From NCBI RefSeq assembly GCF_000012345.1, contig NC_007205.1, forward strand, positions 300,001 to 332,000: a DNA stretch of 32,000 nucleotides, written 5' to 3'. Origin of the DNA: Candidatus Pelagibacter ubique HTCC1062 (GTDB lineage Bacteria; Pseudomonadota; Alphaproteobacteria; Pelagibacterales; Pelagibacteraceae). Of this stretch, positions 1 to 8,771 are shown piece by piece. Numbering within the stretch: the stretch's first letter is position 1; each line of letters starts with the position of its first letter. The translations under genes and the position numbers were made by a program. The notes beneath the pieces were generated by a model. That model did no database searches. It was given only the letters and a program-made list of their open reading frames with translations, and was not told the origin of the DNA.

Positions 1-832
1 CAGGGGTTATCAATCCTAAATTAATATACGGGCTTAATGCGCTATGAAATAAAATATTGTCTTTTTGATTAACAGCATCTTCATAATCACCAAATAAATT
101 TGATTTTTCTTTAATAAAAAAATCTAAAAGTTTGACCACATCATTGTATTCTGTTGCTAACCAAAAATCATTAGTGCTACCAGGATGATCTTTAAATAGT
201 TTTTCAATAATTGGTTTTAATTTTTTAGTATGATTAGTTTCGTTAATTTTTGGAAATTTTGGTATTGATATGTCTTTTGGTAATTTATTTCTGTTATCTT
301 CATCAAAACTCCATTTGCCTCCAATAGGGTTTCCATCTGCTCCCATTAATATTCCAGATTTTTTACGAACTTCTTTGTAAAATGTTGCCATAAAAGGTTT
401 TTTTGATTTTACTAAATAATTTTTAAACTCATCTCTTGAGTTTAAAAACATTGGAGTTTGAACAATATTCCAGTTAATTTTTTCTTTTTTTAAGAATTGT
501 GAAATTTTCTTTTCAAAAGATTTATCCTCAACCTCAAAACTTGAAATTTCAGTAATTTTTTTTTGATTAATGATAATTTTTAATTTTTTAAAATAAGTAT
601 CTTTAAAACCTTTGTCCTCAATTTTAGAATATTCAAGTTTGTATTTATTTGCTCTAAGCATATCTGCATAAGACCTCATAGAAGAGAGAAATAGCAGTAT
701 CTTTTGCTTATGATGCTTTTCATAAGTACATAGTTCATAGTCTTCTGCCATGTAAAAAGAGTGGTCCTTTTTGAAGCGGTCTACGTATTTTAATGGAAAT
801 AATTGATTGCCAAGTATAAAAAACAATTTCAT
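1..832 (-). CDS. Cryptochrome/photolyase-family protein, PhrB/CryB-like (photolyase-related, COG3046 type). N-terminal 277 codons only; the 3' end lies beyond the window.
   Basis: Not in the supplied ORF track because it runs off the edge. My translation from the ATG (complement of 830-832) is MKLFFILGNQLFPLKYVDRFKKDHSFYMAEDYELCTYEKHHKQKILLFLSSMRSYAD...GGKWSFDEDNRNKLP...ILFHSALSPYINLGLITP, open to position 1. ILGNQLF, GGKWxFDxxNR and HSxLSPYxNxGL are motifs I associate with this family. Confidence 0.7.
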   Translation of the reverse strand, partial: MKLFFILGNQLFPLKYVDRFKKDHSFYMAEDYELCTYEKHHKQKILLFLSSMRSYADMLRANKYKLEYSKIEDKGFKDTYFKKLKIIINQKKITEISSFEVEDKSFEKKISQFLKKEKINWNIVQTPMFLNSRDEFKNYLVKSKKPFMATFYKEVRKKSGILMGADGNPIGGKWSFDEDNRNKLPKDISIPKFPKINETNHTKKLKPIIEKLFKDHPGSTNDFWLATEYNDVVKLLDFFIKEKSNLFGDYEDAVNQKDNILFHSALSPYINLGLITP

Positions 833-859
833 AGTTAAATATAACTAAATAAAAATTAT

Positions 860-1570
860 ATGTCAGAAAAATATCTTATTTTTGGTGCGACAGGTTCTGT
901 GGGTTCCAGCTTAGCTGAACAATTGAAAAATTCAGGAAATGATATTCATCTAATAGCAAGAAATGAAAATGAAGTTAAAACTATTGCAGAAAAATTAGGC
1001 TGCACTTATACGGTTGCTGACGTTTTAGAAGAAGGATTTATAGAAAAAGTAAAATCAGACATTAGTGAAATTAAGGGTATCGCTTACTGTGTGGGATCTA
1101 TTGATTTAAAACCATTAAGGATGGTTACAGAAGCAGATATGAATAAATGTATGAAACTAAACCTTTATTCAGCTATTGAAGCAATAAAAGGATTTCAAGA
1201 AAGTTTAAAAAAGAACAAAGGCTCAGTTGTTTTATTTTCAACTGTTGCTGCTCAAAGAGGTTTTACTAATCACACAATTATTGCTTCTGCTAAAGCTGCA
1301 GTTGAGGGACTAACTGTTACACTAGCTGCTGAGTTTGCTCCACATATTAGAGTGAATTGTATTGCACCCAGTTTATCAAAATCTAAAATTGCAGAACCAA
1401 TGTTAAAAAATCCTGCAATTGCAGAAGGAATTGCTAAAGCACATCCTCTTAAAAGATTGGGTGAAGGAAAAGATTCTGCAGCGCTTGCAAAATTTTTAAT
1501 TACTGAAGAGAGTTCTTGGATTACTGGACAGATAATAGCTGTTGATGGTGGTAGATCAAAACTTTCTTAA
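860..1570 (+). CDS. Short-chain dehydrogenase/reductase (SDR) family protein, atypical active site
   Basis: N-terminal Rossmann motif GATGSVGSSL, typical SDR length (236 aa), Ser127 in LFSTVAA, and ASAKAAVEGLTVTLAAEF resembling the YxxxK helix but with Ile where Tyr is expected. Confidence 0.8.
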   Translation: MSEKYLIFGATGSVGSSLAEQLKNSGNDIHLIARNENEVKTIAEKLGCTYTVADVLEEGFIEKVKSDISEIKGIAYCVGSIDLKPLRMVTEADMNKCMKLNLYSAIEAIKGFQESLKKNKGSVVLFSTVAAQRGFTNHTIIASAKAAVEGLTVTLAAEFAPHIRVNCIAPSLSKSKIAEPMLKNPAIAEGIAKAHPLKRLGEGKDSAALAKFLITEESSWITGQIIAVDGGRSKLS

Positions 1571-1571
1571 A

Positions 1572-2636
1572 GTGAAAAAATATTTTTTATTAATAATTTT
1601 TTTTCTTTTATTTGCTTCAAAAAGCTATTCCAATAATTATACATTCACTAAAATTATAGAGTTAGATGAACCTTGGGGATCATCCTTTATTAACAATGAT
1701 GAAATCATTATTACTGAAAAAAGTGGAAAAATTAAAATTGTTAATATTATTTCAAAAGAAGTTACAGAGATTAAACATAATCTTAATTTTTTAGAAGTCG
1801 GCCAAGGTGGGTTATTAGATATTATTCATCAAGATAATACTCTGTGGATTTCTTATTCAGAAGATAGGGGAAATTTAAAAACAAGCACATCAATTGCAAA
1901 AGCACAATTAAACAAACAAGAATTAAATTTTAAAAATATTTTTCAAGCAAACCCTCCTATAGATTCTGGTTATCATTTTGGTTCAAGATTAGCGATTAAA
2001 GATAATTATATTTATGCATCAGCTGGTGAAAGAGGCCAAGGTATGATTGCCCAAGATCCCACAAAACATCCTGGTAGTATTATTAGAATTCATACTGATG
2101 GTCGTATTCCCAAAGATAACCCAAAGTTTACTGGTAAACCAGATTGGTTGCCTGAAATCTATCAAATAGGTGTTCGTAATCCACAAGGTTTAACACTCTC
2201 TGATTATGATGGAAAAATATATTTAAGTAATCATGGAGCAAGAGGTGGTGATTGGTTTGGAGAGGCAAAAAAAGGAGAAAATTATGGATGGAAAATTTTA
2301 GGCTGGGGTGGAAAAAATTATTCTGGAATTCCTATTGGCCCAAAATGGAAGCCAGGTTTTACTAAAGCAATTCAATATTGGGTACCTTCTATAGCTACAA
2401 GTGCTATTACAATTTACAGAGGAAATGAGTTTAAAGAGTGGAATGGGCATGCGCTAGTTACTTCTTTAAAAGATCGATCTTTAAGAAAACTAATATTTAA
2501 TGATCCAACTAATGTGAAAGAAAATGTTATATTTAAAGATAATGTTGGAAGAATAAGAGATATTCAAGTTCATCCGTCTAATGGTAAAATATTTTTCTTA
2601 AGTGAAAATGCTTTATGGTTAATGGAAAAAAAATAA
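1572..2636 (+). CDS. PQQ-dependent soluble sugar (glucose/sorbosone) dehydrogenase, YliI/Asd-like, secreted
   Basis: Beta-propeller GSDH-type motifs: GLLDI, HFGSRLA, GERG, PGSIIRI..DGRIP.DNP, EIYQIGVRNPQGL, HGARGGD, NYGWK. I prefer the in-frame GTG at 1572, which gives a signal-peptide-like [20 protein letters not shown] and avoids the 29-nt overlap with the SDR gene implied by the track start at 1542. Confidence 0.75.
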   Translation: MKKYFLLIIFFLLFASKSYSNNYTFTKIIELDEPWGSSFINNDEIIITEKSGKIKIVNIISKEVTEIKHNLNFLEVGQGGLLDIIHQDNTLWISYSEDRGNLKTSTSIAKAQLNKQELNFKNIFQANPPIDSGYHFGSRLAIKDNYIYASAGERGQGMIAQDPTKHPGSIIRIHTDGRIPKDNPKFTGKPDWLPEIYQIGVRNPQGLTLSDYDGKIYLSNHGARGGDWFGEAKKGENYGWKILGWGGKNYSGIPIGPKWKPGFTKAIQYWVPSIATSAITIYRGNEFKEWNGHALVTSLKDRSLRKLIFNDPTNVKENVIFKDNVGRIRDIQVHPSNGKIFFLSENALWLMEKK

Positions 2637-2638
2637 TT

Positions 2639-3691
2639 TTAATTAGTTAATATATTTTTTAATGAATTTATCTCTCCAATTTTAAAGATTATAGCATCAT
2701 CTTTTTTAAAACCATACTCCTCAGCACTAGCTTTAAATCTTACTGGTGGTTCCATAATAGGTTCTAGTGATAAAACAAAAGTTCCCCAGTGTGTTCCCAT
2801 AACCTTTTTACTTCTTAAATCTTTTGCTACATTTAAAGCTTCTTCTGGTGTTGTGTGATAAATCGATTTATCAAACATAGGCTTAAAGTCATAAGCTCCA
2901 ATATTAATCATTGTTAAATCAATTGGACCATATTTTTCACCTAATTCTTTGTAAATATTTCCATAGCCAGTATCGCAAGCAAATAAGATTTTTTTACCCT
3001 TATATTCAATTAAGAAATTGCCCCAGAGTGTTTTGTTCATATCTGTAAGGCTTCTCTTCGACCAATGGACAGCTGGGAGTAATGTTACTTTCAGATCATC
3101 ATTAACCTGAATTTCCTCATACCAATCCATTTCATTTACATCTTTAAATTTATTTTTTGTAAAGTATTTTCCAAGATTTAGTGGGGCCAAAACTTTTGTA
3201 TTCTTAAACGGATATTTTCTAATGGTCCCCATATCTTGATGATCATAATGATTATGTGTTAATAATAATAAATCAGTCTTTGGAATTTCATTTAAATTTA
3301 AAGCAGGCTCAGTAAATCTGTCTGGGCCAAAAATTAAAGGTCCCGCATTTTTTGAAAACACTGGGTCAGTTATAATTGTTGTATCTCCAAGTTTAATTAA
3401 GTAAGTAGCATGACCAATCCAAGCAATATAATCTTCATTTTTATACTTTTCTAAATCAGTTAAAACTTTTTCTTTATCAACAACGTGTTCTTTAGGAACC
3501 GTCATGTCTATTTTCTTTTTCAATTTAATGAATTGTGTGTAAGAAAACTTCGCTTGACTAGTTCTAACAGGTGATCCTTCTGGATTTCTAAAAGTTCCAT
3601 CTGGTAAATGATGATAAGGTTTTTTTTCCATAGCAATTAGTGATGAGTTATATGCAATAATTATAAATATAAAAATTATAAATTTTGCCAC
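2639..3691 (-). CDS. Metallo-beta-lactamase-fold hydrolase (NAPE-PLD-like), with N-terminal signal/anchor
   Basis: HNHYDH (the HxHxDH zinc motif), downstream ACDTGY and HWGTF motifs, and a hydrophobic N-terminus MAKFIIFIFIIIAYNSSLIA. Confidence 0.75.
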   Translation of the reverse strand: MAKFIIFIFIIIAYNSSLIAMEKKPYHHLPDGTFRNPEGSPVRTSQAKFSYTQFIKLKKKIDMTVPKEHVVDKEKVLTDLEKYKNEDYIAWIGHATYLIKLGDTTIITDPVFSKNAGPLIFGPDRFTEPALNLNEIPKTDLLLLTHNHYDHQDMGTIRKYPFKNTKVLAPLNLGKYFTKNKFKDVNEMDWYEEIQVNDDLKVTLLPAVHWSKRSLTDMNKTLWGNFLIEYKGKKILFACDTGYGNIYKELGEKYGPIDLTMINIGAYDFKPMFDKSIYHTTPEEALNVAKDLRSKKVMGTHWGTFVLSLEPIMEPPVRFKASAEEYGFKKDDAIIFKIGEINSLKNILTN

Positions 3692-3705
3692 CTATAATGA
3701 TATTT

Positions 3706-4551
3706 TTATTTTTGAGATCTTTTAAAACACTCAATAGTATTTTTTAACAAGCAGGCAATAGTCATTGGCCCTACTCCACCTGGAACAGGTGTTAAAGCTC
3801 TTGCAACTTTTGAAACTTCTTCGAATGCAACGTCACCGACAATACCGTTTTCAGTTTTATTAATCCCAACATCTATTACAATTGCATCTTTTTTAACCCA
3901 GTCCGCTTTCACAAGCTCTGGAATGCCAACAGCAGCAACTATAATATCTGCCTCCAAGCATTCTGCTTTTAAATCTTTAGTCTTTGAATGAGTAATTGTT
4001 ACTGTGCAATTTTCTTTTAAAAGTAACTGCGCCATTGGTTTACCGTTTAAATTTGATCTACCAATCATAACAGCTTTTTTTCCACTCAAATTTGGTTCAA
4101 TTTTTTTAATCATTAAATAACATCCTAAAGGAGTACAAGGAACTGAACTTTCATAACCTGAAGAAAGATTTCCAACATTCATTGGGTGAAACCCATCAAC
4201 ATCTTTTCCTGGTAAAATAGTTTCAATAACTTTTTGCTTATCGATATGTTTTGGTAAAGGTAGTTGAACTAAAATTCCTGAAATACTTTCATCTTTATTT
4301 AATTCCTCAATTTTATCTAATACTGTTTTTTCTTCCACAGCTTCAGGGTATCTAATTACTTCAGATTTTAACCCTACTTCATTCGCAGCTTTCTCTTTCA
4401 TACGAACATAAATTTGACTAGGGGCCATTTCTCCAATTAAAATAACTGTAAGCCCAGGAATTTTATTGTGTTTAGCTTTTAGCTCTACGACCTCTTGTCT
4501 TAATTGCTCTCTAAGTTCAGCTGCTATTTTTTTCCCATCTATTAAGATCAT
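3706..4551 (-). CDS. folD: Bifunctional methylenetetrahydrofolate dehydrogenase/methenyl-THF cyclohydrolase
   Basis: MILIDGKKIAAELR..., SQIYVRMKEKA, ILVQLPLP, DVDGFHP.N.G, VIGRSN.NGKP, PVPGGVGPMT. Start moved to Met21 of the track ORF (4551), the canonical FolD N-terminus, which removes the overlap with yggT. Confidence 0.95.
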   Translation of the reverse strand: MILIDGKKIAAELREQLRQEVVELKAKHNKIPGLTVILIGEMAPSQIYVRMKEKAANEVGLKSEVIRYPEAVEEKTVLDKIEELNKDESISGILVQLPLPKHIDKQKVIETILPGKDVDGFHPMNVGNLSSGYESSVPCTPLGCYLMIKKIEPNLSGKKAVMIGRSNLNGKPMAQLLLKENCTVTITHSKTKDLKAECLEADIIVAAVGIPELVKADWVKKDAIVIDVGINKTENGIVGDVAFEEVSKVARALTPVPGGVGPMTIACLLKNTIECFKRSQK

Positions 4552-4559
4552 GTGTTCCT

Positions 4560-4850
4560 CTAAAAAATCATTGGCGCAATGTACAACTTCATACACATTT
4601 CTATAAACCAAATCAATAAAAGTAATATAACTGGTGAAATATCTATTGATCCTAAATTAGGTAAAAAACTTCTTATTTTATTAAGTGCAGGATTTGTTAA
4701 TCGATAAGTCACCTCTAAAATAGAATAAACAAATCTATTTTGAGTATTTAAAACATTAAATGCGACAAGCCAGCTGATAACTACATTTGCAATTACCACA
4801 TAAGAATAGAGCTTTAATATTTGAAGAACCAAATAAAAAATTGCTATCAT
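4560..4850 (-). CDS. yggT: YggT-family integral membrane protein
   Basis: 96 aa, two hydrophobic segments, YGGT-type core VISWLVAFNVLN...LTNPALNKIRSFLPNLGSIDISPVIL. Confidence 0.8.
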   Translation of the reverse strand: MIAIFYLVLQILKLYSYVVIANVVISWLVAFNVLNTQNRFVYSILEVTYRLTNPALNKIRSFLPNLGSIDISPVILLLLIWFIEMCMKLYIAPMIF

Positions 4851-5932
4851 TTTTTCTCGATATAAATTGACTGACTTGGGAATGCAAATGAAGCTTTGTT
4901 TCCTTCTACTATTTCTTTAATTGCAATCGCTAATCTTTCTTTAACTAAAAGAGAGTCGCTCCAACTGTTGCTGGCCGTAAAACATCTAACTAATAAATCT
5001 ATTGAGCTATCAGAAAACTTTTCAATTCTTACCGCAACACCAACACTTTGGCTAAAGTCCTCGCTTTTATTAATATAGTTTTCTATTTCTTCTCTTACTT
5101 TTTTTAACTGTGCAACAGTGGTATCGTATTGAAGAGTAATGGACCATCTTATTCTCCAATTGGTTGTTTCACTAATATTAACTACTGAGTTTTCAGCAAA
5201 TTGAAAGTTTGGAATTATTGCTAAAGATTTATCAAATTTTCTAATCACTGTTGATCTAAATCCAATTTTTTCAACAATACCTTCAATTGTTCCTTCAACT
5301 AAAATCCAATCTCCAATTTTAAATCTTTTTTCAACTAAAACTAAAATTCCTGATATTAAATTTTTAAATAAGTCTTGTGCACCTAAAGCAACTGCAACAC
5401 CAAATAAACCCAGTCCAGCAATAATTGGTCCAATTTTTATTCCCCAAAGTTCAAGAACAGCCGCTAAGCCTAGAATGAAAATCAAAATTTTTAATGATTT
5501 AATAATCCAGCCAATTAACTCTCTAGTTAACATTTTATCTAAACCACTTAAAATATAAGAGATGGGTTCAACAATTTGATGTATCACCCAAAAAATAAAA
5601 ATAGTTATTAAAGTTCTATTAATTGTATCAATAGCTACTTTACCATCTTCTCCAAAAGACATGTAATAACTTGCAATAAAAAAACCTAGAACAATGGGAA
5701 GAAATCTTGCTGGCCCAACCATTGCATGGACGAAAGTGTCATCTAGTTTATTGGTTGTTCTTTTAGAGATACTTTCTAATCTTTTAATAATTACTTTACT
5801 GATAATTCCTCTAAAAATTAAAAAAATAAAAAAAATCCCAATTCCAATTAATATTTGAAAAATATCAATACCGTGAATTCCCTTTGACCAAACTGAAAAA
5901 AATAAGTCACTAAAATTGTTAAAAATGTCCAT
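4847..5932 (-). CDS. Small-conductance mechanosensitive channel (MscS family)
   Basis: Multiple N-terminal TM helices followed by the MscS beta-domain signature LGAQDLFKNLISGILVLVEKRFKIGDWI...G.VE.IG.RST.IR. ATGA overlap with yggT. Confidence 0.85.
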   Translation of the reverse strand: MDIFNNFSDLFFSVWSKGIHGIDIFQILIGIGIFFIFLIFRGIISKVIIKRLESISKRTTNKLDDTFVHAMVGPARFLPIVLGFFIASYYMSFGEDGKVAIDTINRTLITIFIFWVIHQIVEPISYILSGLDKMLTRELIGWIIKSLKILIFILGLAAVLELWGIKIGPIIAGLGLFGVAVALGAQDLFKNLISGILVLVEKRFKIGDWILVEGTIEGIVEKIGFRSTVIRKFDKSLAIIPNFQFAENSVVNISETTNWRIRWSITLQYDTTVAQLKKVREEIENYINKSEDFSQSVGVAVRIEKFSDSSIDLLVRCFTASNSWSDSLLVKERLAIAIKEIVEGNKASFAFPSQSIYIEKK

Positions 5933-5934
5933 AG

Positions 5935-6633
5935 CTAAATTTTATATAGCAAAAATTCCTCTTCTCCAGGGTTAAAAAGAAAAATTTTTTTCCACTTTAT
6001 TTCATTAAGAATTGAAGAGGTTTTTTCTCCAATGCACATTAAATTAGTATTCATCCATAGGGTTTCTAACTGATAATTTTTAATTACTTTTAAAAAATTA
6101 ATCGCACTATTTTGCGAATAAATGTAAGTAATTTCAGGCATTTTTAATTTTAATTTTTCGATAAAGCTTTCATCGTATTTTTCAATTGGGTTAGCTCTGT
6201 AATTAATTAATCGTTCTATCGTATACCCACTCGAAATAAGCTCTTTGTCCAAATCACTAGAGATTATCTCTCCACTTATATAAATTAGCTTTCCATCAGA
6301 AGGTTTAAAATTTTGCAAGATTAATTCCTTAAGATTACTAACATTTCCTTCAGCTGCAAAAACATTTTGAAAACCAACACTTCTGGCTTTTTTTTCAGTA
6401 GCACTTCCAACACAAAAGCATTTTAATTTTTTATCAATGTTCTTAATATCCAAAAATTTAACAGCATTAGCACTGGTAAAAATAATTGCTTTAAACTCCG
6501 AATAGTTTGGTGCTTCGTATTTTAAACCTTCAATATTAATTAAAGGTAAATGAGATATTTCATGACCCAATGATTGAAATTTTAATATCATTTCATGACA
6601 ATCTTCTAGAGGTCTTGTGAATAAAATATGCAT
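5935..6633 (-). CDS. hemD: Uroporphyrinogen-III synthase
   Basis: MHILFTRPLED..., IIFTSANAV, CVGSATEKKAR; located immediately downstream of hemC (1-nt gap). Confidence 0.8.
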   Translation of the reverse strand: MHILFTRPLEDCHEMILKFQSLGHEISHLPLINIEGLKYEAPNYSEFKAIIFTSANAVKFLDIKNIDKKLKCFCVGSATEKKARSVGFQNVFAAEGNVSNLKELILQNFKPSDGKLIYISGEIISSDLDKELISSGYTIERLINYRANPIEKYDESFIEKLKLKMPEITYIYSQNSAINFLKVIKNYQLETLWMNTNLMCIGEKTSSILNEIKWKKIFLFNPGEEEFLLYKI

Positions 6634-6634
6634 A

Positions 6635-7558
6635 TTATTTTTTGTAAGAATTATTAGACATCTTTTTAAGAGTTTTTCCCATCTCTATTCCCAATTCTTC
6701 TGCTTTATTTACACTTTCAGATGATTTTAAATAAAATCTTTTACTGCCGTCTAGTGAAAAAAGTTCTACTTCAAGATTAATTTTGTTCCCCTCAATATTT
6801 GCAAATGCTCCTACTGCTGTTTCACAATCTCCTTCTAAAACCTTTAAAACATTTCTTTCAGCTTTTATGGAGCTATGTGTTGATTGGTGATCAACTTGTT
6901 TTAATAATTCAATTAAACTTTCATCGTTATCTCTACACTGCAAGGCAATAACTCCTTGTCCAGCACAAGGTATAATTTCTGAAGTAGAAAAAGTTTGAGA
7001 AATATTTTGATTTAATCCTAAAGAATCGATTCCAGCATAAGATAAGATAATTGCATCATATAAATTTTCCTTAAGTTTTCTTATTCTTGTATCAACGTTT
7101 CCTCTAATTAATTTACAATTAAGATCATCTCTTATTTTTTTAATCTGAAATTCTCTTCTATATGAAGATGTTCCAATAATTGAATTTGAAGCTAAATCTT
7201 TTAGATGTTTATTGTCTTTGCTAATTAAAATTTCTCTAGGATCATTTCTTTCTAAAAAGCAATCTGTCAACAATCCTCTAGTTTCTTCAGAAGGCATATC
7301 TTTTAATGCATGTACCGCTATATCTATTTTTTTTTCTAATAATTCAACCTCTATAGTTTTTGAGAAAAGTCCCTTACCCCCTACTTCTGATAACCTTTTG
7401 TCTTGAACTTGATCACCCTTAGTTACAATTTCTTTAATGATTACTTCTTCAATTCCAAAATCTTTTGAATGTTTGAGAATTTTTTCTCTGGCCTTTTCTG
7501 CATAGATTAGTGCTAATTTGCTTCCTCTAGAGCCTATAATAATTTTTCTATTTTTCAT
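6635..7558 (-). CDS. hemC: Hydroxymethylbilane synthase (porphobilinogen deaminase)
   Basis: IIGSRGSKLAL, GGKGLFSKTIE, DIAVHALKDMP, GTSSYRR, RGNVDTR..KL, PCAGQGVIALQCR. Confidence 0.95.
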   Translation of the reverse strand: MKNRKIIIGSRGSKLALIYAEKAREKILKHSKDFGIEEVIIKEIVTKGDQVQDKRLSEVGGKGLFSKTIEVELLEKKIDIAVHALKDMPSEETRGLLTDCFLERNDPREILISKDNKHLKDLASNSIIGTSSYRREFQIKKIRDDLNCKLIRGNVDTRIRKLKENLYDAIILSYAGIDSLGLNQNISQTFSTSEIIPCAGQGVIALQCRDNDESLIELLKQVDHQSTHSSIKAERNVLKVLEGDCETAVGAFANIEGNKINLEVELFSLDGSKRFYLKSSESVNKAEELGIEMGKTLKKMSNNSYKK

Positions 7559-7617
7559 TTAATTGCTTTATACTTCATACTTATATTGAGAATGTATTAT
7601 TAATAAAAACTAATTTA

Positions 7618-8691
7618 ATGAATAAAAAACCCATAATCTTAGGAATTGAATCAAGCTGTGATGAAACAGCAGCCTCTATCATAACTGAAAATGAGCAAGG
7701 TATGCCAACAATTTTATCAAGTATTGTTTCAAGTCAGGTGGATGTTCATAAAGAGTTTGGTGGTGTTGTGCCAGAACTTGCCGCAAGATCCCATATGGAA
7801 AAAATAGATTTAATCACAAAAAAAGCATTTGATAAAAGTGGAGTAAAAATGGAAGATCTAGATGCAATAGCAGCAACTGCAGGACCTGGTCTTATGGTCT
7901 GTCTGTCTGTTGGTTTAAGTTTTGGAAAAGCAATGGCCTCTTCGCTAAACAAACCTTTTATAGCTGTTAATCATTTAGAAGGACATGCATTAAGCCCAAA
8001 ACTAAATTCTGAATTAAATTATCCTTATTTATTACTTTTAATCTCTGGAGGTCACACTCAATTTTTAAGTGTGCAAGGCTTAGGAAATTATAAAAGATTA
8101 GGAACAACTATTGATGATGCTGTAGGTGAAGCCTTTGATAAAACGGCAAAATTATTAGGAATAGAATTTCCAGGTGGGCCACAAATTGAAGTGTATGCAA
8201 AAAAAGGTGATCCCAATAAATATGAGCTACCAAAGCCAATTTTTCATAAAGGAGGGTGTAATTTATCATTTGCAGGTTTAAAGACTGCTGTTTTAAAAAT
8301 ATCAAAACAAATAAAAACTGAACAAGAAAAATATGATCTTGCAGCATCTTTTCAAAAAACAATTGAAGAAATACTATATAAGAAAAGTAAAATTGCTTTT
8401 GAAGAATTCAAAAAAATGAACACAATAAATAAAAATAAATTTGTAGTTGCGGGTGGTGTTGCTGCAAACAAGAGAATTAGAGAAGTTCTAACTAATCTTT
8501 GCAAAGAAGAAGAATTTGAAGCAATATTTCCACCTATTAATTTGTGTGGAGATAATGCAGCAATGATTGCAATGGTTGGATTAGAAAAATTTAAGTTAAA
8601 ACAGTTTAGTGAATTAGATAGTCCTGCAAAACCTAGGTGGCCCCTAGATGCAGATGCTGCTTTTTTAAAGGGTGCCGGAGTAAGACTATGA
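7618..8691 (+). CDS. tsaD: tRNA N6-adenosine threonylcarbamoyltransferase (Kae1/Gcp/TsaD)
   Basis: ILGIESSCDETAASI, GGVVPELAARSH, GPGL.VCLSVG, VNHLEGH, LLISGGHTQ, GGVAAN, CGDNAAMIA. Confidence 0.95.
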   Translation: MNKKPIILGIESSCDETAASIITENEQGMPTILSSIVSSQVDVHKEFGGVVPELAARSHMEKIDLITKKAFDKSGVKMEDLDAIAATAGPGLMVCLSVGLSFGKAMASSLNKPFIAVNHLEGHALSPKLNSELNYPYLLLLISGGHTQFLSVQGLGNYKRLGTTIDDAVGEAFDKTAKLLGIEFPGGPQIEVYAKKGDPNKYELPKPIFHKGGCNLSFAGLKTAVLKISKQIKTEQEKYDLAASFQKTIEEILYKKSKIAFEEFKKMNTINKNKFVVAGGVAANKRIREVLTNLCKEEEFEAIFPPINLCGDNAAMIAMVGLEKFKLKQFSELDSPAKPRWPLDADAAFLKGAGVRL

Positions 8692-8771
8692 CAAAATATT
8701 AGTTAATCTAAAAATAACCGTCATATAAAATCATTAGTAATTATTTCTCATTTGCGATAAAATTAGAGCAA

